The notes under the pieces were generated by a model. It was not told where the DNA came from. It was given only the letters and a program-made list of their open reading frames with translations, and made no database searches. DNA of 58,422 bases. It comes from Minisyncoccota bacterium (lineage in GTDB: Bacteria; Patescibacteriota; Minisyncoccia; Phycocordibacterales; PALSA-1337). Every line of letters starts with the position of its first letter. Position 1 is the stretch's first letter. Position numbers and translations under genes: made by a program. The DNA lies in contig JBAYFZ010000004.1 of NCBI GenBank assembly GCA_041666915.1, positions 1 through 58,422 on the forward strand, written 5' to 3'. This document shows positions 1-7,519 of this stretch, one piece after another.

Positions 1-124
1 GTCGTCTCTGGTAATATGCGTATACATATCCGTTGTTGTTGCTAGTCTGTTAACACTACTAGCGTACAGCAGCGGATATGTTCTTTACAAAAGTTAGTAT
101 TGCACTTCAGAGTGGAATTCTAGG

Positions 125-751
125 GTGTTGGTTGTTATCTCGTTTGTTGGGTGTGCCCGTAATAACATTGAGGAGCGGTACGGTCCCGATGGTTATTACC
201 GTAGTGACCGGAGCAGTTCGCCAATCCGGGTTTGGGGTTCAAATCAGGAACGGAGCAATTTGGGCCGAGTTGAGTATCGGTATTACAATAGCCCCAGCCC
301 CGCTGGCGGGATTTACGGGTATCAAGGAAATACCGCGGTACCGATTCAGCCCCAGCCCCAAATTCAACCTCAGGGCGCTTACTCGGGGACTTGGAATTTT
401 CCACCGCCCCAGCTCCAACAGAATCAGGGGCAACCGCAACAACAGTTTCAAGCACAACCCCAACAGCAACAGCGGGTTCAACAGCAAATTCAGGCGCGAC
501 CTCAGGCTCAACAGCCCCAGATTAATGTAAACCTTAACGGTTTGAACTGTTCCTGTTGCGGAAAGCAGGTTCAGCCCCAAGTACAGAATCATCAATTGAT
601 TCAGCAGGGGCCCCAACCTCAGGTTAAACAACCTGTTGGTCCGCTTCAGCAAAAACAAGGGCAACCGCCGGTACAACAAAAGGGGCAACTGCAAAAGAAA
701 ACACCGAATGCGTCGGTGTCACCAAAATGCCCCAGTTGTAGTAAGAAGTAA
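125..751 (+). CDS. Gln/Pro-rich putative lipoprotein with C-terminal Cys motifs
   Basis: GTG-start ORF with a lipobox-like N-terminus (VVISFVGC). It has a long Q/P low-complexity tract and CSCCGK and CPSCSKK motifs. An intrinsic terminator follows at 767-802. The overlapping ORFs 78-530(+) and 239-694(-) look like composition artefacts. Confidence 0.4.
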   Translation: MLVVISFVGCARNNIEERYGPDGYYRSDRSSSPIRVWGSNQERSNLGRVEYRYYNSPSPAGGIYGYQGNTAVPIQPQPQIQPQGAYSGTWNFPPPQLQQNQGQPQQQFQAQPQQQQRVQQQIQARPQAQQPQINVNLNGLNCSCCGKQVQPQVQNHQLIQQGPQPQVKQPVGPLQQKQGQPPVQQKGQLQKKTPNASVSPKCPSCSKK

Positions 752-766
752 TCGTTCTTTTCTCAC

Positions 767-802
767 TCAGCCGTCTTTCTTACGAAGGACGGCTGATTTT
801 TT
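767..802 (+). terminator. Rho-independent terminator
   Basis: Stem TCAGCCGTC / GACGGCTGA with a 12-nt loop, followed by TTTTTT. Confidence 0.7.
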
Positions 803-827
803 GTACAGAAAGGGTTATGATGGTTAT

Positions 828-1280
828 ATGAAGACAAGGACGTCTCATTCATTAGAAGAAACCCAAGATATAGCCAAAGAATGGTTGGTGGATATTTCTA
901 TTAAAACTGAAAATTTGGATAAGGCCACGATAGTGGGGCTTTCAGGACATTTGGGGGCAGGCAAAACCGCTTTTGTAAAATTGATAGCAAAAATGTTGGG
1001 CATAAACGAGAATGTTACTAGTCCGACTTTTGTAATTATGAAAAATTATAATGTAGATCCAAAAATGGGTTATGCAAATTGGAAAAAATTGGTTCATATA
1101 GATGCGTATCGTCTGGAAAAACCAGAAGATTTGGAAGCTTTGAATTTTGAAGAAATTATTTTGGATAAAGATAATTTGATAATGATTGAATGGCCAGAGA
1201 ATGTCGGTTTGAAAACAGACAATCAAATAAATATGAAAGCGGTAGAAGGAGAGGGGGTTTTTGAGATGAGCTTTGTTTAA
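828..1280 (+). CDS. tsaE: tRNA t6A37 biosynthesis ATPase TsaE (YjeE)
   Basis: Walker A GHLGAGKT, plus SPTFVIM, HIDAYRL and IEWPE motifs. The ORF-track start at 636 overlaps the upstream gene and its terminator, so the ATG at 828 (MKTRTSH) is preferred. Confidence 0.85.
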   Translation: MKTRTSHSLEETQDIAKEWLVDISIKTENLDKATIVGLSGHLGAGKTAFVKLIAKMLGINENVTSPTFVIMKNYNVDPKMGYANWKKLVHIDAYRLEKPEDLEALNFEEIILDKDNLIMIEWPENVGLKTDNQINMKAVEGEGVFEMSFV

Positions 1281-1297
1281 AATGCTACAATGCCTTC

Positions 1298-3757
1298 ATG
1301 AAAGTATCTTCCACTCAAACAAAAAAGAGATTAGTCCTTTTGGACGCACATGCCATATTGCATAGGGCGTATCATGCTTTACCAGATTTTGCGACGGCAA
1401 AAGGTGAACCTACTGGCGCATTGTATGGTCTTTCTACGATGCTTATAAAGATCGTTGAAGATCTGAAACCTGATTATGTGGTTGCTTGTTACGACGTGAA
1501 AGGTCCAACATATCGTCATGAAGCTTACAAAGAATATAAAGCTGGCAGACAAGCAGCGAAAGATGATCTCATAGCTCAGATGAAAAGATCCAGAGATGTT
1601 TTTTCAGCTATGAACATTCCTATATATGATAAAGAAGGTTTTGAGGCTGACGACATGCTCGGAACTATTGTGGAACAATTGAAAGATCGTATTGGTGAAA
1701 AAGGTGATTTGGAAATTATTATCGCTTCTGGTGATATGGACACTTTGCAATTGGTCAAAGGTAAAGGTGTTCAAGTCTATACTTTGAAGAAGGGGATTAA
1801 AGATACAATCATGTATGACGAGAAAGCTGTTTTGGAAAGATTTGGTTTTGGTCCAGAACTTATACCCGATTACAAAGGACTCCGAGGAGATCCTTCCGAT
1901 AATATTATTGGAGTAAAGGGTATTGGTGAAAAAACAGCTACGATTTTGATCACGACTTTTGGTTCAGTTGAAAATATGTACAAAGTTTTGGAATCCAATG
2001 GAGAAGACAAATTCAAAGCCGTTGGTATAACACCTAGGATTATCCAGCTTTTGAAAGATAATAAAGAAGAAGCGGAATTCAGTAAGATGTTGGCTACAAT
2101 ACGTCGTGATTCGCCCATAACTTTTACTTTTCCCGAAAAAACTTTCAAAGATAATTTGGATATAAAGAAAGTTAGTACTCTCTGGCATGAATTAGAATTT
2201 AGAACTTTGACCCAAAGATTGGAGAAGGTTGTTGGTGGTGCTGTCATTCCCGCGAAGGCGGGAATCCAGGATGTAACCAATGAATCTGTACCTGGTGGTA
2301 ATATCCTGGATTCCCGCCTTCGCGGGAATGACACAGAAAATCACAAGGATTCACCTAAAGAGTTCGACGGGTTCTCTGAGGTGTCCCTAGCCCTGTGGTT
2401 AATTAATTCAACAATAACTAATCCAAAAATAGAAGACATCCTAAACTTTACCGAAACAGAAGATTATGAAGAATCCAAAAAAGCTATTTTTGCAGAATTA
2501 GATAAAAGAAATCTACGCAAAGTTTATGAAACTATTGAATTACCACTTATTCCCGTTATCAAAAAGATGGAAGATCGTGGTGTGAAGATAGATAGGGCAA
2601 TGCTAAAGAATCTGTCGGAAACTTACCATGTAGAATTGGCAAAACTTGAAAAGAAAATTCACGAATTTGCAGGAACAGAATTTAATATAAATTCACCAAA
2701 ACAATTGGGAGAAATTTTGTTTGATAAACTCCAACTTACTGCAAAGAATATGAAGAAAACTAGCGGTGGCGCTCGTTCTACACGCGAATCAGAGTTGGAA
2801 AAATTGAGAGATTTGCATCCAATAGTTCCATTACTTTTTGAATATCGTGAATTGCAAAAGCTTCTTTCTACTTATATAGATGCGATACCGCCATTGTTGG
2901 ATGATAAGGATCGTCTTCATTCAAATTTCATCTCTTCTGGATCAACGACTGGTCGCATGGCTTCTCAAAATCCAAATTTACAAAATATCCCTATCAAGTC
3001 AGATCTGGGTAAGGCTATACGCAACGCTTTTGTTGCAGAAAAAGGTTTCAAACTTTGTGGCTTTGATTATTCACAGATGGAATTGCGTATTGCTGCTTTC
3101 TTGTCTGGCGATGAAAAGCTTATAGAGATATTTAGAAAAGGGGAGGACGTCCACACTTCGGTAGCTTCTTTTGTTTTCAAAGTTCCACAAAACGAGGTCA
3201 CCGCTACGATGCGTCGTCAGGCCAAGGTCATCAACTTCGGAATAATTTATGGAATGGGTGTTATGGCTTTGAAACAAAATCTTGGTACAACCCGTGATGA
3301 GGCTCAGAAATTTCTCAATGATTATTTTGAGACATTTTCAACTTTGGCTAACTATTTGAATGACGTTAAATCAGAAACAGGTAGACGTGGTTATACCGAG
3401 ACTTTCTATGGTCGTCGCCGTTATTTTGAAGGTATAAATTCCAAGATACCTTATATCAAGGCTTCGGCAGAAAGAATGGCCATCAATGCTCCTATTCAAG
3501 GTACAGAAGCTGATGTGATTAAGTTGGCAATGATTGAGATTGATAAATTTATTGTGAAAAATAGGTTGGAGGATATTGTTTTTCCACTTTTACAAGTTCA
3601 CGATGAGCTCATTTATGAAATAAGAGAAGATAAAGCTGGGGAGATTGCTCCGCAAATAGAAAAGATCATGGAAGCGATCATGGATCCAAAAGATACGAAG
3701 GGAATAGTTTTGAAGGCCACGGCAAACATTGGAGATAATTGGGGAGAACTTAAGTAG
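1298..3757 (+). CDS. polA: DNA polymerase I (5' nuclease + family A polymerase)
   Basis: The 5'-nuclease region has LLDAHAILHRAY and GDPSDNIIGVKGIGEKTA. The Pol A motifs are DYSQMELRI, RRQAKVINFGIIYG and QVHDEL. I saw no clear 3'-5' exonuclease motifs. The interdomain linker carries the 90-bp repeat at 2243-2332. Confidence 0.95.
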   Translation: MKVSSTQTKKRLVLLDAHAILHRAYHALPDFATAKGEPTGALYGLSTMLIKIVEDLKPDYVVACYDVKGPTYRHEAYKEYKAGRQAAKDDLIAQMKRSRDVFSAMNIPIYDKEGFEADDMLGTIVEQLKDRIGEKGDLEIIIASGDMDTLQLVKGKGVQVYTLKKGIKDTIMYDEKAVLERFGFGPELIPDYKGLRGDPSDNIIGVKGIGEKTATILITTFGSVENMYKVLESNGEDKFKAVGITPRIIQLLKDNKEEAEFSKMLATIRRDSPITFTFPEKTFKDNLDIKKVSTLWHELEFRTLTQRLEKVVGGAVIPAKAGIQDVTNESVPGGNILDSRLRGNDTENHKDSPKEFDGFSEVSLALWLINSTITNPKIEDILNFTETEDYEESKKAIFAELDKRNLRKVYETIELPLIPVIKKMEDRGVKIDRAMLKNLSETYHVELAKLEKKIHEFAGTEFNINSPKQLGEILFDKLQLTAKNMKKTSGGARSTRESELEKLRDLHPIVPLLFEYRELQKLLSTYIDAIPPLLDDKDRLHSNFISSGSTTGRMASQNPNLQNIPIKSDLGKAIRNAFVAEKGFKLCGFDYSQMELRIAAFLSGDEKLIEIFRKGEDVHTSVASFVFKVPQNEVTATMRRQAKVINFGIIYGMGVMALKQNLGTTRDEAQKFLNDYFETFSTLANYLNDVKSETGRRGYTETFYGRRRYFEGINSKIPYIKASAERMAINAPIQGTEADVIKLAMIEIDKFIVKNRLEDIVFPLLQVHDELIYEIREDKAGEIAPQIEKIMEAIMDPKDTKGIVLKATANIGDNWGELK
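2243..2332. repeat. Inverted pair of the 29-bp hairpin repeat (GTCATTCCCGCGAAGGCGGGAATCCAGGA), in frame inside polA
   Basis: Left arm 2243-2271 and its reverse complement 2304-2332. The total is 90 bp = 30 codons, read as VIPAKAGIQDVTNESVPGGNILDSRLRGND. Confidence 0.9.
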
Positions 3758-3761
3758 CTGT

Positions 3762-3847
3762 GTCATTCCCGCGAAGGCGGGAATCCAGGATTATTATGAT
3801 ATATTATTTATTGTTCCAACATGGATTCCCGCCTTCGCGGGAATGAC
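3762..3847. repeat. MITE-like copy of the same repeat (inverted arms, AT-rich core)
   Basis: Arm 3762-3790 and inverted arm 3822-3847, in the polA-holA spacer. Confidence 0.9.
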
Positions 3848-3855
3848 ACAAAAAC

Positions 3856-4572
3856 ATGCTTTACATCTTCCACGGTACAAATATTTCAAAATCTAGTGAC
3901 AAGGCTCGTTCTTTGGTCAATTCTTTGCGTGCAAAAAAGCCAGATGCTACTTATGTAGAAATAAATTCTGATAATTGGAATCCAAGTATTATAGAAGAAC
4001 ATTTGGGAGGACAGGGATTGTTTTCCAGCAAGTACATAATTTTTTTGAATCGTTTAGCTGAAAAAGAAGATGTGCGAGAAAAATTAATAGAAATGCTATC
4101 TGTAATGAAAGAGTCAGATAATATTTTCATCATAAATGAAGGCAAGATTTTGGCTGAATTGAAAAAAGCTTTTGATAAAAATGGAGATAAAGTTGTAGTT
4201 TCTGATGAAGTAAAAAGTTCTGTGACAAAAGATTTTAATATTTTTTCCTTGGCGGATGCTATTGGTGCAAAAGATCGTTTCAAAGCATGGAGTATTTATC
4301 GTCAGGCTATAGAAAAAGGTTTGGAATCAGAAAGTATTTTGGGTACTATCTTTTGGCAAATAAAATCCATGGTTCTGGCTTTTGATGCAAAATCTGCCAG
4401 TGAAGCGGGCCTAAATCCTTTTGTTTATAGTAAAGCCAAGAAATTTTCTAGCAATTATTCCAAACAAGAATTGAGTGATCTTCTTCTAAAATCAATAACC
4501 CTGTATCATGAAGGGCATAGGGGACGAGTTGATCTTGAATTGGGTACCGAGAAACTACTATTGAAGTTATAG
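3856..4572 (+). CDS. holA: DNA polymerase III delta subunit-like (short HolA)
   Basis: The pattern FSLADAIGAKDRFKAWSIYRQAIEKGLESESILGTIFWQIKSMV resembles the central HolA domain. The protein is shorter than typical delta subunits. Confidence 0.55.
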   Translation: MLYIFHGTNISKSSDKARSLVNSLRAKKPDATYVEINSDNWNPSIIEEHLGGQGLFSSKYIIFLNRLAEKEDVREKLIEMLSVMKESDNIFIINEGKILAELKKAFDKNGDKVVVSDEVKSSVTKDFNIFSLADAIGAKDRFKAWSIYRQAIEKGLESESILGTIFWQIKSMVLAFDAKSASEAGLNPFVYSKAKKFSSNYSKQELSDLLLKSITLYHEGHRGRVDLELGTEKLLLKL

Positions 4573-4628
4573 AAAATTATGTTATTGTGTATCTTGCTTC
4601 GGTTTGTAGAGAAAGTGATAGGTAATAC

Positions 4629-4701
4629 GCGCCCATAGCTCAGGTGGTAGAGCAACTCCCTTTTAAGGAGTGGGTCGTTGGTTCGAATCCAACTGGGCGC
4701 A
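4629..4701 (+). tRNA. tRNA-Lys (anticodon UUU)
   Basis: A 73-nt cloverleaf: acceptor GCGCCCA/TGGGCGC, anticodon loop CTTTTAA, T arm GTTGG-TTCGAAT-CCAAC. Confidence 0.9.
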
Positions 4702-4749
4702 CTATTTCGCTCCCCGCTAAAAGGCGGGGAGCTTCGTAGTGCAAGCACA

Positions 4750-4781
4750 AATGAAAAAACCGCCTCTTATGAAGCGGTTTT
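4750..4781. repeat. 32-bp direct repeat, copy 1 (terminator hairpin AAAAAACCGCCTCTTATGAAGCGGTTTT)
   Basis: Identical 32-mer at 6536-6567. The hairpin is CCGCNTC...GAAGCGG flanked by A and T runs. Confidence 0.9.
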
Positions 4782-4863
4782 TAGGAAATTATTTTAATAA
4801 TTACGCGCATCTTGACAAATCATAAAATCCATGTAGTCTGATATTGAATAGTTCCAATAAACA

Positions 4864-5499
4864 ATGTATAAAACGAAAGGCATTATGCAAGGACTAACAT
4901 CGTTAGATGAAAAACGAGTAAAGACTCTGTGTAAATCAGGACAAGGTGAAGTAACGTGTAGTTTCCTTGTCGCTGATAGCACGGGTATGTGTTGCTCAAA
5001 AGGTTCCGTGTTCGAGCAGGCCATCCTCGAAAGAAGGTCGACTATGGGTTCCAAAGCTGACAATTGCTCTGGTCCTCCAGACTTCACTCCGAACATTGAT
5101 CCTATGGCCAAAACGTCTACCAACATGTCCAACTTTGAATTGTGGAAAGAAATCGCGGGACGTAAGGACCTTGTTGGTGGGGATGTGGAGTCCATTGAGG
5201 ACGGTAACTACTATAGGGGTCCTATCAAGAACATCAAGGTCACGGACCAATGTGTTCACTTCGAGACTGAGTGGTCAGCCACCCGTAGCAAAGGTTCGAA
5301 AGAGTGGGTCAAACATAACATCGACGGTTTCGTTGTGGATATCAACAGAACTCGACCATTGATTGATTCTGATGGAGTCGTCCACTTCTCAATGATGTTT
5401 CTCGGTCCAGTCACGATCTTTCCAAAAGGGACACACAATTTGGACCCAGCTGGTGTTAAGGGTCTTAGGTTCCAATGGAAAGCGACAGTAGTCGAATAA
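4864..5499 (+). CDS. Hypothetical protein, Cys-rich N-terminus, GC-richer than its surroundings
   Basis: A long ORF followed by the terminator at 5519-5550. The ATG at 4885 has a better RBS (GAAAGG) than the one at 4864. No family recognised. Confidence 0.5.
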   Translation: MYKTKGIMQGLTSLDEKRVKTLCKSGQGEVTCSFLVADSTGMCCSKGSVFEQAILERRSTMGSKADNCSGPPDFTPNIDPMAKTSTNMSNFELWKEIAGRKDLVGGDVESIEDGNYYRGPIKNIKVTDQCVHFETEWSATRSKGSKEWVKHNIDGFVVDINRTRPLIDSDGVVHFSMMFLGPVTIFPKGTHNLDPAGVKGLRFQWKATVVE

Positions 5500-5518
5500 A
5501 CGACGGTATTATCAAAAA

Positions 5519-5550
5519 GACGCACGACCTTCGGGTACGGCGTCCTTTTT
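5519..5550. terminator. Bidirectional terminator between convergent genes
   Basis: GACGC...GCGTC stem with an inner TTCG loop, flanked by AAAAA and CTTTTT. Confidence 0.6.
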
Positions 5551-5567
5551 ACAACACTTTTTTAATT

Positions 5568-5759
5568 TTATACCTCAACTTTCAATTGAGCTTGCTTAAA
5601 GATCCTCATCTGATCCTCGTTTGCTTTGCGAGCGGCTTCGGTAAAAACCTTCTTTTGCTCATCAGCTGGAGCGTGCATGAAAAAGTCAGAAAGACTTTCA
5701 TATTTTTTAGTATCTTCCGATTTCTTTCTTCTGAATATATTTTTAAGCTTATTTAGCAT
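5568..5759 (-). CDS. Small charged helical protein, translationally coupled downstream of the zeta toxin gene
   Basis: A 63-aa ORF whose ATG overlaps the zeta stop (ATGCTAA). It is Lys/Glu-rich. No family recognised. Confidence 0.45.
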   Translation of the reverse strand: MLNKLKNIFRRKKSEDTKKYESLSDFFMHAPADEQKKVFTEAARKANEDQMRIFKQAQLKVEV

Positions 5760-6505
5760 AGTAATTTCTTTAAGTCATTCTCAGTATATCTTACCCCGAG
5801 ATAATCTTCAATATTGGGACCATCCTGCCTAATTTCAATGAGATCTTCTACGGCATGAGTCTCAAAATTCTTTTTCGCTAAGGATATGATGATACTGTTA
5901 TCAAAATCTTTCCTTATTCGATTAATTGTCTCTCGCGAGTCAATAAATTGCTGTATAAAAGCATCTTTAGGAATATGTCGACCTTCTATTTTCTCACGAG
6001 CTTTAGTAAATGCCCAAGCTACATCGGGCTTCTGGTATACATAGAAAATACGTACTTGTCGTCCTTTGTTTAACGAGCGCTTAATATTTGTTACCGTTTT
6101 ATCATATTTTGAAAGAGTGCCATCGAGAAGGAAAGTTTGTTTATTATCTAAAACCATGTCATGAATTCTTTCGACGATTAGAGATATTGCGGTTTGAAAA
6201 AGAAAAGAATTATTACCTGTATAGCCGGGCATACGCTCACGAAGCTCATCACCGTCAATCCTAATGACTCTATGATTCATCTTTTCTTCAAGGATTTTTA
6301 TCAAGTTTCGTGAGTATTCTGTTTTTCCAGCGCCCGGTGAACCAGCCATGAATACTGATGTAGGAATTGCATCAGGAATGTATATTAACCTATTAGTTAA
6401 TCCTTTGGCTATGTGTTGTCTATTTGCTCTAGCAAATTCCTCGGCCGTAAGTTTTATTTTTTCTGCTTCATTCATAAGTGAATTATATAGTATTTTATAT
6501 TTCAA
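5753..6505 (-). CDS. Zeta-toxin family P-loop kinase
   Basis: Walker A AGSPGAGKT, plus RIDGDELR and LLDGT. Length and N-terminal layout resemble the PezT/zeta kinases. Confidence 0.75.
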   Translation of the reverse strand: MKYKILYNSLMNEAEKIKLTAEEFARANRQHIAKGLTNRLIYIPDAIPTSVFMAGSPGAGKTEYSRNLIKILEEKMNHRVIRIDGDELRERMPGYTGNNSFLFQTAISLIVERIHDMVLDNKQTFLLDGTLSKYDKTVTNIKRSLNKGRQVRIFYVYQKPDVAWAFTKAREKIEGRHIPKDAFIQQFIDSRETINRIRKDFDNSIIISLAKKNFETHAVEDLIEIRQDGPNIEDYLGVRYTENDLKKLLC

Positions 6506-6535
6506 AGTAGTCTTGTTTGTAAGAATGCTGGTAGG

Positions 6536-6567
6536 AATGAAAAAACCGCCTCTTATGAAGCGGTTTT
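6536..6567. repeat. 32-bp direct repeat, copy 2
   Basis: Identical to 4750-4781. Confidence 0.9.
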
Positions 6568-6587
6568 AGCAGATCTTTTTAATTGTT

Positions 6588-6953
6588 TTACAACGGCATA
6601 TCAAATGCTACGAAACCTGCGCCGGTGAAGAGGAGGGAAAGGGCGAGGACCAAGAGGATGAGGTAATAATTTACACCGTCAGTAAGGAAAGATTTGGCCA
6701 TAATCTTTTGGTAGAGGCGAACAATGAGGTCAATCGCTATAGTGAGGGCACCAAGCTGGGTCCAGAGGCCTAGGACGAGCAATATACCAGCAAGACCTTC
6801 TATGATACCAACGGCTTTTTGTTTTGAATCAGGAGAAGATTTGAAAAAAGTCTTATATGACCAGAAAATGAAGATACCACCCAAAGTCAGGCGAATGAGT
6901 AATGGTGAAAGTTGTTGCCAAGAAAGTAAAGAAGGAAAAACTGAAAGGATCAT
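6588..6953 (-). CDS. DoxX-family membrane protein
   Basis: A small protein with about 4 TM helices and an LIRLTLGGIFIFWSY motif typical of DoxX. Confidence 0.65.
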   Translation of the reverse strand: MILSVFPSLLSWQQLSPLLIRLTLGGIFIFWSYKTFFKSSPDSKQKAVGIIEGLAGILLVLGLWTQLGALTIAIDLIVRLYQKIMAKSFLTDGVNYYLILLVLALSLLFTGAGFVAFDMPL

Positions 6954-7024
6954 ATTTTTATTTTATTATGGTAATGTATGGTTATTATAATCATTTTGAA
7001 CTTAATTTCCAATGATTATCATAT

Positions 7025-7498
7025 ATGGCCAAGATTAAAGATATAAGATTGTTGCTAGATAATATCCGAAGTGTTCATAATGTCGGCTCTATTTTTCGTA
7101 CCGCAGAAACCGTCGGTGTAACCAAGATATATTGTATAGATACGACACCAACACCTACAGATAGGTTCAATCGTAAACGCAATGATCTTGCGAAAGTCGC
7201 TCTAGGTGCAGAGGATTTGGTTCCTTGGGAATATTTGAAAGATAGTATTTCTCTGGTAAAGAGACTTAAAAAAGAAGGTTTCAAGATTGTTGCTCTTGAG
7301 CAAGCAGAAAATTCCATTAATTATAAAAAAATAAAAAGCAAAGAAAAAGTTTTACTTATTCTTGGAAATGAAGTGGGAGGTGTATCAAAACAACTTTTGA
7401 ATTTGTCGGATGAGATAGCGGAAATACCTTTGAAAGGGAAGAAGGAATCTTTGAATGTCTCTGTGGCTGGAGGAATTATGATGTTTGAGTTACTATAA
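7025..7498 (+). CDS. SpoU/TrmH-family RNA 2'-O-methyltransferase
   Basis: NVGSIFRTAE, LGNEVGGVS and IPLKGKKESLNVSVAGGIMMFE (SPOUT knot motifs). Confidence 0.85.
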   Translation: MAKIKDIRLLLDNIRSVHNVGSIFRTAETVGVTKIYCIDTTPTPTDRFNRKRNDLAKVALGAEDLVPWEYLKDSISLVKRLKKEGFKIVALEQAENSINYKKIKSKEKVLLILGNEVGGVSKQLLNLSDEIAEIPLKGKKESLNVSVAGGIMMFELL

Positions 7499-7519
7499 TT
7501 TCAAATACAAAGTTTATCT

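Noticed and set aside
78-694. Alternative-frame ORFs 78-530(+) and 239-694(-) in the Q/P-rich region.
   Set aside because: They are products of the biased repetitive composition. Only the 125-751 frame has a signal/lipobox-like start and ends just before a terminator.
636-827. Upstream extension of the tsaE ORF.
   Set aside because: It overlaps the Q/P-rich gene and runs through its terminator hairpin. The TsaE homology begins after the ATG at 828.
1870-2334. Minus-strand ORF MSFPRRRESRILPPG... antisense to polA.
   Set aside because: It is initiated inside the palindromic repeat and lies entirely antisense to a confidently identified polA. It is a repeat-generated artefact.
4506-4748. An 80-aa minus-strand ORF.
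   Set aside because: It covers tRNA-Lys and adjacent hairpins, so it is not coding.
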